From an uncultured Methanosarcinales archaeon (GTDB lineage Archaea; Nanobdellota; Nanobdellia; Woesearchaeales; CAYVYK01): DNA of 64,000 bases. Made by a program: the position numbers and the translations under genes. Under the pieces are notes generated by a model. It was not told the DNA's origin, ran no database searches, and was given only the letters and a program-made list of their open reading frames with translations. Below, piece by piece: positions 55,313 to 64,000 of the stretch. The stretch's first letter is position 1. Each line of letters begins with the position of its first letter. The stretch covers positions 40,166-104,165 of the forward strand of contig CAYVYK010000007.1 of NCBI GenBank assembly GCA_964455675.1, written 5' to 3'.

Positions 55313-58300
55313 GTGCAGGATTTGCGACAATCACAGATCAGTATATTCTTACTTGTTGTCATCGTCGTCATGATCGGAGCAGGAATCCTGTATGTCGAAG
55401 TCATCAGGAATGCAGACCAGCCGATCACAACAATCCAGAGCAGTAAGGACGTCCTCACAAATCTCAAGGGATATGTCGAATCTTGCATCGAAGCGGAAGG
55501 TATCCCGCTCATCCACGCAATGGCTCTTGGGGGAGGGAGAGTGTCTATTCCAGCAAACACGAGCGTCCTCTATCGCGGCCAAACATACCATGTCATCTGC
55601 ACACCAACAGAATCAAAACGATGCGCCCCAACACTGTGGCTTAGACAAGATGCGGAAGATGACATCAGCAGACAGCTCGAAACAAGAATCGATTCCTGCC
55701 TCAACCTCAGCTACCTTGCCAGCATCTACGACGTAACCAAAGGAACACCACACGTGCAGACAAAGATAGGAAGGGAAGATATCGTTTTTGAGCTCACATA
55801 CCCAATCACGATCAGCGGAGAAGGAAAAACACAGCAGGCTGAGACGTATGAGAAGAGAATCGCCATCCCTGTGGGGAGAGCGTATGAAGTCGCACATGAA
55901 ATACTCGAGCACGAGACAACCCAAGGATTATTCGAACAAGATCTGTGGATGCAAACGCATGAGGGATGGATGATCACAAAACATAAACCGTTTCCTTACA
56001 TCGTCTATAATGTCACCTTTATAGAACCAGAGCGAACCATTACCTGGCTCTTTGCCCTTCAAGAACAGGACAGCGCAGGAGATATACGGTTTCACACATT
56101 ACCAGAGATGGCACACCCATGCTGCATGAATCACTATGACAAACTCGTCTATGCAAACACACCGTACGACCTCTGCATCATGAAGGGAGGCACTCCAAGC
56201 AGCTCGTGCACGATGGAGCTAGTACCAAATATTCAACAACAGTTCTGTAATGGGCTACCATGCAAACCTTGCGAACATACATATGAATACAAAACAGGAC
56301 GCTCCAGCGGAGAATCACGAATGCACGGCGAATCATGGTGCGCATACGACAGCGTCGTAAAAAGCAAAATCGGCGAAGGAGGATACAGCTACGTTGGCAG
56401 CAGGCACTACAAGCATTACTGCCTCGATGGGAAAGAATACATCGAGGAATGCGCTGACTACCGAGAGGAATTGTGCACAGAACAAGAATATCCGAGCGGG
56501 ATGACCCATGCCGTCTGCAGAGACAACCGTTGGAGGGACTGCTCCCAATGTGAAACACAGGAATGCTGCGAGAATGCAGAGTATCGCGACTGCAGCTGGA
56601 GTCCCTGGACACTTGCAGAACACAAGTGCGTCCCTCAAGTTCCACCAGGACTACGATTCTGGATGGGAGATGGCCTTGGCGTGTGCAATCTCGCGAATGA
56701 GTACCAAGAATGCGAAGGATTCAGCTGCCCGTACCGATATGTGCAAGGAACAGCGGCAAGCTGCTATCGGCACGGGGACTGTGGCAACTACCGAAATATG
56801 GACGACAAACTCACCATGGAAGGATACTTTGAAAGCGACTTCAAAGACCAAGTGAAAGAGATCACGTACCAGCAGGAAGGCCTTAACAAAAACCCGACGG
56901 AAATCGGACGCGACGGACTGCACGCCCCACTGTACGGCCTTGACACTCAGCAGCTCGCACAAGGGGAGATGCCTGACACGTTCAGCGCGTTTTACCAATA
57001 CCTCATATTACTTGGAACAAACCTCGATCGGCTATCGGGAATCTCGGTTACTGATTTCCTGCCGTGGAACAAGAGACCTGCCATCACTATGAATACGATG
57101 AGCTACTGTGGGCTCTGGCAACCCCCAACAGGAGGAGATCGATGCCACATCTGCGGCGAAGGAAGAATCTGTACAGAATACCGCTGCAAGAGCCTTGGAA
57201 CACTCTGCACGTATGAAGAACGAAACGGATACGGAATCTGCACTGCAAGCGTTCCGAAAGGAGAAGTCATCATCGATCTTGACAAAGCAGCCATAAGCCG
57301 TGGGTACACTGCGGAAAAAGCTGCGCTTGTCCTGAACGGAAAGGAATTCAAAGGATATCGCATCACTCCTGCACTCGAACCATACCGACTCTTTCGCCTT
57401 GGGATTATCAGCAATCAGGACGTACGATGCAAGATGAGCTATCTACCCGAAGGAAAGTTCAGCACACTCATCCCTATGTTCGAAGAGCGGGGGTATCAGC
57501 GCGCACACAACTACAGCATCCGAGTGCCAGAAGCACTACAAGTGCCTTCAAACATCAAAGACTCACTTGACGTTGAACACCTAGAGGAGGTTATGGACTG
57601 GGCAGAGCACCCCATCGTCAAATATGATGAGCTCAAAGCACAGCATCAGACGATAATGGCGCTGTACGACGCGTTCACCGGAAAAAATTCGCAACAGGAG
57701 TCTGACACCTTCTTCTATACAACATTTGTCCCGCTCCTTACGGGGTACAAGACAATGTACCCCTACTCGTTTGCTGCAATGCGGCACATCCTTCGAGGAC
57801 TTGAGGAACACAGGTACTACATCTTCTTCGCGTGCCAAGACAAAGCAGGAAATCAGAACAAGGACTACATGTTCGTCGAACTCTCCATCGGGCCACGCAA
57901 TGAGAGTCGAGAACCCGAGCTCCTCGGGTATGACCCATCAACAGAAGTCTCTGCACAACTCACAAGACTACCAGTCACACTCTATTTTGACCAACCAGTG
58001 CTGTGCAACTATGACCAGGAAGAGACGATGTATCAGAATATGAAGGCAAAGTTCGCATGCCAGACAAACAAATACAGCCTCACCCCAAAGTATGGAGGAA
58101 GTTACACGTGCACAGCACCCATTGACATGCCTGGACACGACATAGGATTACATGTGACATGCATCCCGTACTATAGCTCGCGAAAGGTGATAACCCTCAA
58201 CATCAATCCGGGAACGGAGACGAGCATTAGCGGAACGAGCAGCCCCTGGATCATCAACGCAACAAGAAATGGAGTGAGGCTCCATTTTGAGCGATATTTG

Positions 58301-58858
58301 AGCGAGAACATGATCCGAAATATAAGCATCGATGGAGCGTTCCTCAACCTCAGCATGGGCATGGAGCAGTATCCCCAATGCAGCATCGCGGTTGGCGGAG
58401 GTGATGAGCAAGCGATGGTCAATTGCTACAAGTCCCCAGACCTCTCATACGGAGTATACACCTGCCAGGAACTTATCGGAATCAGCGGAGAAACCGAGAT
58501 CCACATCATCTGCGGAGAGAAGCCAATAGCTTCGCAGCAGTATCATTATACCATCAATTTCAGCAAAACACGAACGCTACCTCCACACACTCTGCCAGTA
58601 CAAGAAGCGCACGCGGGAACCCCATTTAATGTCAGCATCATATTCACAGGGCGCGCTCCCGAAAGCCTCGTGTGCTCTTACAGCATCAGCCTGAATGAGG
58701 GATTCGTCGTCATGAAGCGGGAAGAGAAGGAAACAAGCACGATATTCTCTGCACAATACACGCAAGAAACACCAGGAATATTCAATGCCGCAATCCAGTG
58801 CACCGACGCGCACGGCAATTATCTTTTTGAGCGAAGCCAGGCTATCATCGAGAACTAA
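55313..58858 (+). CDS. giant extracellular protein with N-terminal signal-anchor and extremely Cys-rich region, hypothetical
   Basis: 1181 aa. GTG start. TM ISIFLLVVIVVMIGAGILYV. More than 60 Cys, concentrated in aa 250-620 (e.g. CSQCETQECCENAEYRDCSWSPW). Confidence 0.55.
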   Translation: MQDLRQSQISIFLLVVIVVMIGAGILYVEVIRNADQPITTIQSSKDVLTNLKGYVESCIEAEGIPLIHAMALGGGRVSIPANTSVLYRGQTYHVICTPTESKRCAPTLWLRQDAEDDISRQLETRIDSCLNLSYLASIYDVTKGTPHVQTKIGREDIVFELTYPITISGEGKTQQAETYEKRIAIPVGRAYEVAHEILEHETTQGLFEQDLWMQTHEGWMITKHKPFPYIVYNVTFIEPERTITWLFALQEQDSAGDIRFHTLPEMAHPCCMNHYDKLVYANTPYDLCIMKGGTPSSSCTMELVPNIQQQFCNGLPCKPCEHTYEYKTGRSSGESRMHGESWCAYDSVVKSKIGEGGYSYVGSRHYKHYCLDGKEYIEECADYREELCTEQEYPSGMTHAVCRDNRWRDCSQCETQECCENAEYRDCSWSPWTLAEHKCVPQVPPGLRFWMGDGLGVCNLANEYQECEGFSCPYRYVQGTAASCYRHGDCGNYRNMDDKLTMEGYFESDFKDQVKEITYQQEGLNKNPTEIGRDGLHAPLYGLDTQQLAQGEMPDTFSAFYQYLILLGTNLDRLSGISVTDFLPWNKRPAITMNTMSYCGLWQPPTGGDRCHICGEGRICTEYRCKSLGTLCTYEERNGYGICTASVPKGEVIIDLDKAAISRGYTAEKAALVLNGKEFKGYRITPALEPYRLFRLGIISNQDVRCKMSYLPEGKFSTLIPMFEERGYQRAHNYSIRVPEALQVPSNIKDSLDVEHLEEVMDWAEHPIVKYDELKAQHQTIMALYDAFTGKNSQQESDTFFYTTFVPLLTGYKTMYPYSFAAMRHILRGLEEHRYYIFFACQDKAGNQNKDYMFVELSIGPRNESREPELLGYDPSTEVSAQLTRLPVTLYFDQPVLCNYDQEETMYQNMKAKFACQTNKYSLTPKYGGSYTCTAPIDMPGHDIGLHVTCIPYYSSRKVITLNINPGTETSISGTSSPWIINATRNGVRLHFERYLSENMIRNISIDGAFLNLSMGMEQYPQCSIAVGGGDEQAMVNCYKSPDLSYGVYTCQELIGISGETEIHIICGEKPIASQQYHYTINFSKTRTLPPHTLPVQEAHAGTPFNVSIIFTGRAPESLVCSYSISLNEGFVVMKREEKETSTIFSAQYTQETPGIFNAAIQCTDAHGNYLFERSQAIIEN

Positions 58859-59049
58859 GCTTCAATATTCTCGTCATCAGTCTCGTTGTCTTCTTCACAA
58901 TCCTCAGAATCACAGGAATCACACTCACAGCACGCGTCACAATCCTCACAGTCACTACAGCCAGTCGTGGAAAGCAATGTCGTGGCGACCATCGTAACAA
59001 ACAAGACGAGAACAATCAGCGCAATCACTCGATGGGTCCTTTCCTGCAT
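58855..59049 (-). CDS. small membrane protein with Cys/Asp/Glu-rich C-terminal tail
   Basis: Start at the internal ATG 59049 (MQERTHRVIALIVLVLFVTMVATTLL), then STTGCSDCEDCDACCECDSCDSEDCEEDNETDDENIEA. Convergent 4-nt overlap with the giant gene. Confidence 0.35.
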   Translation of the reverse strand: MQERTHRVIALIVLVLFVTMVATTLLSTTGCSDCEDCDACCECDSCDSEDCEEDNETDDENIEA

Positions 59050-59089
59050 ACAAGTGCTAAGCAGAGATTGGTATATAAAGGTTTTGTGG

Positions 59090-59812
59090 CTACTTCTTCG
59101 CCTTCCGCCACGTATATTCAAAATATGTACGATAAGAATCGGCGATAGTCTTATTCTGGATAAGGATAGCAAACGGTGAATCAGTCCAAAGGACAATCAC
59201 CACTTTATTCCCATAGATGTTGACAGCCATGGGGTTTTGGAAATCCTCTGGTAGAAAGCGGATGTCAGCCAATGGAATCTTTCTCAAATATGGATTCTTA
59301 CGAGCAGAATCATCAAATAACATCCGGATCGGAATCCTCTTCTCGGATCTTGCACGGTCGAATCGCTCAAAATAGAATCTCACAATATCAGAAGCGTTCA
59401 CTGAAGCATTGATCACAAGGATTGGCTTAGCGTCTGCAACCTGGTCATCAAACACAGCTTTGAGCGCTTTCGCACCACGAAAATATGATACTTCCTGCTC
59501 TTCACGATGCGCTGAAAACAATGAGAGCATGCTGGGCAGAGATTGGCTCAGTGCTTCCTTCTTCTCATCTAGCAGATTTATCAAACGCTGTGGCGATGAG
59601 GGGGAGAAGACTGTCCTATTGTTCTGGCGGATTGTCGACACGAGACCCTTCTGCATGAGCCGCTCAAGCGCATCATACACAGATCTTCGATGAACACCTG
59701 AATGCCTTGTGAGAATGCCAGCGTGCGATGGGCCTAGCTGCAATAATGAGCTGTACACCTTGGCTTCCAAGGGGGTTAAACCCGCCTCCTCCAGTGTTGC
59801 GGTATTCATCAT
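59090..59812 (-). CDS. TrmB-family transcriptional regulator
   Basis: Start probably ATG 59812 (MMNTATLEEAGLTPLEAKVYSSLLQLGPSHAGILTRHSGVHRRSVYDALERLMQKGLV). wHTH plus TrmB C-terminal domain. Confidence 0.75.
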   Translation of the reverse strand: MMNTATLEEAGLTPLEAKVYSSLLQLGPSHAGILTRHSGVHRRSVYDALERLMQKGLVSTIRQNNRTVFSPSSPQRLINLLDEKKEALSQSLPSMLSLFSAHREEQEVSYFRGAKALKAVFDDQVADAKPILVINASVNASDIVRFYFERFDRARSEKRIPIRMLFDDSARKNPYLRKIPLADIRFLPEDFQNPMAVNIYGNKVVIVLWTDSPFAILIQNKTIADSYRTYFEYTWRKAKK

Positions 59813-59908
59813 ATTACTATTATGGAGGATCTTAATAAAGGTTATGGTGATTGATATCACCACAAATATTTAGGTAGTTCTTGTGATTACCACTCCATAC
59901 AACGGAGG

Positions 59909-60865
59909 ATGATACCTATGGTTACCACATTCAAAGTAGCAGTCATCGATCAGGATGAAACACTCGAAGAACTTACTGCACGAAACGCGCACGTATTTCT
60001 CACAGCGCAGCAATACACATTACCCGTGTACGACCTTGTACGAGAGGAATTCGAGGCAGCACTGAAAGCAAAAGCGCCAATCGACAGACGCAAGAAAACA
60101 CAGGAAAAAAAAATAATGAGCGGAGACGTGGAATTCACTCTCAAGACAAACCGAAGCGAACGAACTGCATACCAAGCTGCAGGACAAGCGCTGCAGGTAT
60201 TCCTTGCAGACCTTGCCACTGCATATGATGCGGGAAAACGCCCACAGGGGATACTCACAATCAATGATGCCCCTTACATCAAAGCAAGTGATGTCCAAGA
60301 AAAAATCTTACGGACCGAGAGGGAAAACACCGGCTTTACGTTCACCACAACAATAGAATATGACGAAGAGGATGCCGTAACCATCTCGGATGACCAGACA
60401 CTCGCGCTTCGACCAGGAGAGTACCATGATCTTACCACAGAAAACGCGCGCGACTATATCGCCGTAAGGTCACAGCAAAGCATCGTCAAGAAGAACGTGA
60501 TTGACGCGTTCAAGGATGCGGTAAAGACTCGCACGGGATACTCACGCGACAATGTGCCAGAAAAAACAGTTGTTGCACTCTACGAAGTCGGAGACACCAT
60601 CTGCAGCGTCGTCGTCTCACCGCGGGACGATATCAAGTACAAGAACGCATTCGAGGACTTTGCGCGCATGGTAGCAGGGAGCATACAAGCCGCAGACAAG
60701 ACAACCGTTGAAGACGTTGCCGTGCGCAACGGAGAAGCATACATATCACTGCGCGGACTCATCAAAACGTACGAACAATTGCTCGATCGATACAAAGGAA
60801 AGACGGTCCAGCAAGACGTGAGCATCATACCAACCCCACGATGGGATCACGTCGTTGCAGAGTGA
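59909..60865 (+). CDS. hypothetical cytoplasmic protein
   Basis: 318 aa ORF with no recognisable motif. Divergent from trmB. Confidence 0.4.
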   Translation: MIPMVTTFKVAVIDQDETLEELTARNAHVFLTAQQYTLPVYDLVREEFEAALKAKAPIDRRKKTQEKKIMSGDVEFTLKTNRSERTAYQAAGQALQVFLADLATAYDAGKRPQGILTINDAPYIKASDVQEKILRTERENTGFTFTTTIEYDEEDAVTISDDQTLALRPGEYHDLTTENARDYIAVRSQQSIVKKNVIDAFKDAVKTRTGYSRDNVPEKTVVALYEVGDTICSVVVSPRDDIKYKNAFEDFARMVAGSIQAADKTTVEDVAVRNGEAYISLRGLIKTYEQLLDRYKGKTVQQDVSIIPTPRWDHVVAE

Positions 60866-62142
60866 GCAGAAAGCAGACTTGTCCTTGACAGCATTACGCC
60901 CAGGTTCACAACATAGGCAATGATCGTCGCAACAACGCAGCCGGGAAGCCCCCAGAGAGGAAGCAAAACCACGTTCAGGACAACATTTGTTACTCCTGAG
61001 GCTGTAAGCGCAACGATATTGACGACCATCCCATCACGGCCTTGCGAACCCAGAAGGCGACCGAGCGCGACTGAAAGAAAGGAAAGTACGCCAACAATCG
61101 CGAAGAGCACAAGCAGCAAGAGGTCCTTTGGATACTCGGATCCATATACCGACAGGAAGACATACTGAACAATGAATAAACCTGGAATCCCAATGAGGAA
61201 TGATAGTGGAAAGAGCTTTAACACCCTTGCAAGGATAGGTAGCTTATTCTTATAGGATGATGACGTAGGAAAAAAGACTGTGCTAAAGATGCCTGCGGCA
61301 ACTAGCGTCATGGTAATCGAGCACGTTGCGTATGCCTGATATATGCCAGCATCCTTGGCAGTCAGAAAAGCATTCACCATAATCGCGTTGATATTCTTGA
61401 GGAGTATGCCTGCAATCCCCGTAAAAACGTTCAATGCAGAGAATACCAGGAATGCCTTCATGAGGGATGATGGCAATCCTGCAGGAGCGCCAAGTCTATA
61501 GAAGATGAAGATCGCGCCACAGAGAGCGAAAACCCCATATCCGATCATAAAAGGATAGACGAGGGACTGGAAGCTCCTGCTCTTTGCCACAATCACAATA
61601 AACGGAATGATGACAGCAATTGCATAAACAACCTCCAACACTGACAGGGAGGAGAACCACTGCAAACCGGAGAGTGCACCCTTCACATACAAATATACCG
61701 AAATACCTACACCAAAGATAATCGCGAAGAGGAACAGTTCGTCAGCCATCTTCAAGTACTGCGCAATAGGATGGCGAATGAGGAACAATAGCAAGGAGAA
61801 TACAGCAAGAGTGAACACGAAGAGGAGCGTACCAAGCGAGAGCAATGACAACTTATCGTTCTCCTTCGCAAGATAGTGAGCAATTGAGGCATGCACGCCA
61901 AATAGCATCGGAATCGCAATAAAGTAGGCAGTCGACTGGACGACAGCAAAGTAACCATACTGTTCTGGACCAAGCCAGCGGCCGCCAAGAACATTAAGCG
62001 CAAATAGAATCAGGCTTGATATTGCTGTTCCGATAAATGTAAAACTGAGATTACGAACAAAACGCTTCGCGTCAGCCGTGAGAGGCATTTTAAAATACCA
62101 TACATAGATACGCTCAAACATACTCTCTAGCGAGTTTCTCAT
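60847..62142 (-). CDS. Wzx/RfbX-like oligosaccharide flippase (MOP superfamily)
   Basis: 431 aa. About 12-14 TM with a polysaccharide-biosynthesis-protein-like N-terminus. Confidence 0.7.
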   Translation of the reverse strand: MRNSLESMFERIYVWYFKMPLTADAKRFVRNLSFTFIGTAISSLILFALNVLGGRWLGPEQYGYFAVVQSTAYFIAIPMLFGVHASIAHYLAKENDKLSLLSLGTLLFVFTLAVFSLLLFLIRHPIAQYLKMADELFLFAIIFGVGISVYLYVKGALSGLQWFSSLSVLEVVYAIAVIIPFIVIVAKSRSFQSLVYPFMIGYGVFALCGAIFIFYRLGAPAGLPSSLMKAFLVFSALNVFTGIAGILLKNINAIMVNAFLTAKDAGIYQAYATCSITMTLVAAGIFSTVFFPTSSSYKNKLPILARVLKLFPLSFLIGIPGLFIVQYVFLSVYGSEYPKDLLLLVLFAIVGVLSFLSVALGRLLGSQGRDGMVVNIVALTASGVTNVVLNVVLLPLWGLPGCVVATIIAYVVNLGVMLSRTSLLSAHSATT

Positions 62143-62182
62143 GTAATTATCAACGTCGATGCGTGTTTATAAAACTTGTCAA

Positions 62183-63037
62183 CTATCGCACGAGCATCGA
62201 TATCTCCTTTGCATACCGCACAATCTGCAAGAATGTATCTCGCTCGCGACCAGCCTTCGCTGTCCTTGATATGTTATCTACCATCTTGTCATACTCATGC
62301 CATAGCGGCAAGGCCTTCTCATAGCTCCCATTCAGAAAATATTCAACTGACCGTCTATAGTAATCCCTGGCGGCCTGCAAAGAGATTGTATCAACACGGT
62401 CCATTCCGCAGAGCAACTCTCCTATGCGCTGAATTTTCTCTGCGACCATACGCATATCCATCGCCAGAATGAGAGGAATTTGGTTTGCTTTTGTATACTT
62501 ACCCTCCGAAAGAAAACGACGGATCTGCATCACAACCATGTAATAGAAACGAGTCATTGTATCACGAAGCTCCTGCATTTTCTCCTTGTCTCTGATCTCA
62601 TCCATCATATTGAGCGAGAGAAAGAACATCCTTCCCACACACTCGGACATGGAGAGCTCCTCGATCCGAAAGCATTTGATAACAATTCTCTCTCTAGTTT
62701 CCTCAATAATCTGAGTGTTCATAAATCGCCTAATGAATATATAGAGACCCTTCTTTTCCGCGGGCTTCATACCGTCGATCCTCACCGTGATCTTCTCATT
62801 CTCATCAAAGTATTCACGGAAGAACCTTCGCTGGAAATGCTCATCGTAACGAATGGTTACCTCTTTTTGCTTTTTTTTCTCAACAAATTCCGGCGCGATC
62901 GAGAGGGAACCCTGCTCGCCAATCATTACTTGCACCTTCATCCCTTTTTCCACACCAAGAGATGTTGTCCACTCCTTGGGCAATGAGATCAGTAAGGATT
63001 TCCCAATCTCCTGAACCTTACGTTCTGAGATCTTCAT
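62183..63037 (-). CDS. AbrB/SpoVT-like swapped-hairpin domain fused to PhoU-like helical domain (phosphate-uptake-regulator-like)
   Basis: 284 aa. N-terminal KVQEIGKSLLISLPKEWTTSLGVEKGMKVQV matches the AbrB/MazE fold; the remainder is helical and PhoU-like. Confidence 0.5.
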   Translation of the reverse strand: MKISERKVQEIGKSLLISLPKEWTTSLGVEKGMKVQVMIGEQGSLSIAPEFVEKKKQKEVTIRYDEHFQRRFFREYFDENEKITVRIDGMKPAEKKGLYIFIRRFMNTQIIEETRERIVIKCFRIEELSMSECVGRMFFLSLNMMDEIRDKEKMQELRDTMTRFYYMVVMQIRRFLSEGKYTKANQIPLILAMDMRMVAEKIQRIGELLCGMDRVDTISLQAARDYYRRSVEYFLNGSYEKALPLWHEYDKMVDNISRTAKAGRERDTFLQIVRYAKEISMLVR

Positions 63038-63194
63038 GACAAATTGGAGAAGCTTAGCGTATATAAAATTATCCTAATTTAAATCGATTTATAGATTTAT
63101 AGTAATAGTTTATATCTCAAAAAAGCTCTATCTCTACTGATTAAAAAGGCATTTTGGTCGACGGAATGTACTCATTAGGTAAAGAGGCTAAAGA

Positions 63195-64000
63195 ATGAAA
63201 AAAATCGACATCCACTGCCACACCACGAACCGGGCGCTCACTGACATCGCACACCATAGAGCAGACATCCCCACCATCCGAGGACTGATGAGCAAACATG
63301 AAATTGAGACAACAGTCCTCCTTGCCACATATTTTCCACACCGAGGAACTGGGATCACCAACTTCCGACTCTTGCACTGGATACAAGGATTTCCCGAACT
63401 TGTGATGTTCGGAAGCCTGGACTTCGAGCATTATTTCTTCCAGGGAATGAATGAACTTACTGAACTTTCTCACAACGGATACATCAAGGGCATCAAAGTA
63501 TACACAGGATACCAGCACGTCGATCAGAAGAAACTGCAAGAGGTTGCGCAACTCGCTCAACGAGAAAACCTCCCAGTCATGTTCCATACTGGTTATTGTT
63601 ATTCGACTCTCCGCAGTGGAACTAGCAACACCAATATTGTCAGAGCTAGCGACCTTATACGTATCGCGAAGGAGTATGGAATCCACGTCATAGCGAGCCA
63701 CTTGAACAAGCCATTTCTCGACGACCTCATCAGATCCGTCAAGCAATGCCCAACTATGCAGGCAGACATGAGCGGCCTCCTTGATTCCGCATGGAATGCC
63801 ACGGAAAAAACTATGGATACCGAGGCGGTCCGCACGTATGTTGGAGAATGCGGACCTGCGCGCCTCCTCTTTGGGACAGACTTTCCGGTCCAAACACACG
63901 AAGACTCGATCGATTTCATTGAGAGAGCGATGCATGACTATTCTGAATCAGACAGGAGAATGGTATACTACGAGAACGCACAACGAATACTTACGAGGTG
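63195..64000 (+). CDS. amidohydrolase-superfamily (TIM-barrel metal-dependent hydrolase) protein, 3'-partial at window end
   Basis: ATG 63195 with SD gagg. MKKIDIHCHTT (HxH metal motif); frame open to the window end. Not in the ORF track because there is no stop. The antisense 63141-63935 track ORF is probably spurious. Confidence 0.6.
   Translation, partial: MKKIDIHCHTTNRALTDIAHHRADIPTIRGLMSKHEIETTVLLATYFPHRGTGITNFRLLHWIQGFPELVMFGSLDFEHYFFQGMNELTELSHNGYIKGIKVYTGYQHVDQKKLQEVAQLAQRENLPVMFHTGYCYSTLRSGTSNTNIVRASDLIRIAKEYGIHVIASHLNKPFLDDLIRSVKQCPTMQADMSGLLDSAWNATEKTMDTEAVRTYVGECGPARLLFGTDFPVQTHEDSIDFIERAMHDYSESDRRMVYYENAQRILTR

Noticed and set aside
58886-59179. 97-aa plus-strand Ser/Gln-rich ORF overlapping the small acidic Cys-rich gene
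   Set aside because: It is the sense/antisense mirror of the Cys/Asp/Glu codon-repeat region. The minus-strand reading has a TM helix and a convergent stop overlap typical of this genome, so it is preferred, though neither is certain.
1-64000. CRISPR arrays, rRNA genes, transposases or integrases
   Set aside because: None detected: no regularly spaced direct repeats, no rRNA-like conserved stretches, and no DDE/tyrosine-recombinase-like ORFs were seen. The GC-rich cassette therefore has no recognisable mobility gene in this window.

Overview
This 64 kb window reads as an archaeal chromosome segment. The markers are GatD/GatE, Cdc48/VAT, RFC small subunit, aPelota, TrmB regulators, a PRC-barrel protein, KaiC-like ATPases and a FlaI/FlaJ-type pilus ATPase with its platform protein. 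It is densely coding (about 58 CDS) with many 4-nt ATGA overlaps. Operon-first genes mostly have TATA boxes (TTTATAA-like) about 23 nt upstream of the start codon; internal genes have GGAGG-type Shine-Dalgarno (SD) sites.

Annotated content:
- Start of window: glycosyltransferase and polysaccharide deacetylase.
- 2297-2369: tRNA-Thr-like element.
- 3402-6166: a compositionally foreign GC-rich cassette (about 58-70% GC against 33-45% flanks) encoding a vWA/MIDAS protein, a membrane HExxH protein and a bacterial-type PilT ATPase, closed by a bacterial-style intrinsic terminator.
- 6479-10899: MacB/FtsX-type ABC transporter operon with an associated surface protein, ending in an SD-led 21-aa Cys-rich micro-ORF (6345-6410).
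- 11093-14671: Cdc48 and a metallophosphoesterase.
- 14850-21868: surface-glycan cluster with Dpm1-like GT2, two DegT-family enzymes (one ColD-like His variant), Gmd and a large polytopic membrane protein.
- 21924-27629: LemA, GatD, cupin, GatE, GT2 and an alpha/beta hydrolase.
- 27619-27724: a tRNA-Arg(CCU) candidate that appears to carry two non-canonical introns.
- 27815-32497: RHH regulator, enlarged FlaI-like ATPase and enlarged FlaJ/TadC-like membrane protein, with no pilin genes nearby.
- 32638-45706: endonuclease IV, a membrane parvulin-thioredoxin fusion, an orphan HerA-like ATPase, a membrane spermidine-synthase-like protein, Asp/Glu racemase, SET-domain protein, double-length ThyX-like protein, TrmB regulator, a 3-gene unknown operon and aPelota.
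- 45849-52281: an uncharacterised five-gene operon encoding membrane/extracellular proteins, including three tandem paralogous lipoproteins.
- 52305-64000: RfcS, PRC-barrel protein, two KaiC-like ATPases, a 1181-aa extremely Cys-rich surface protein, a small acidic Cys-rich membrane peptide, a second TrmB, a Wzx-like flippase, an AbrB-PhoU-like regulator and a partial amidohydrolase.

No rRNA, CRISPR array, transposase or integrase was recognised.
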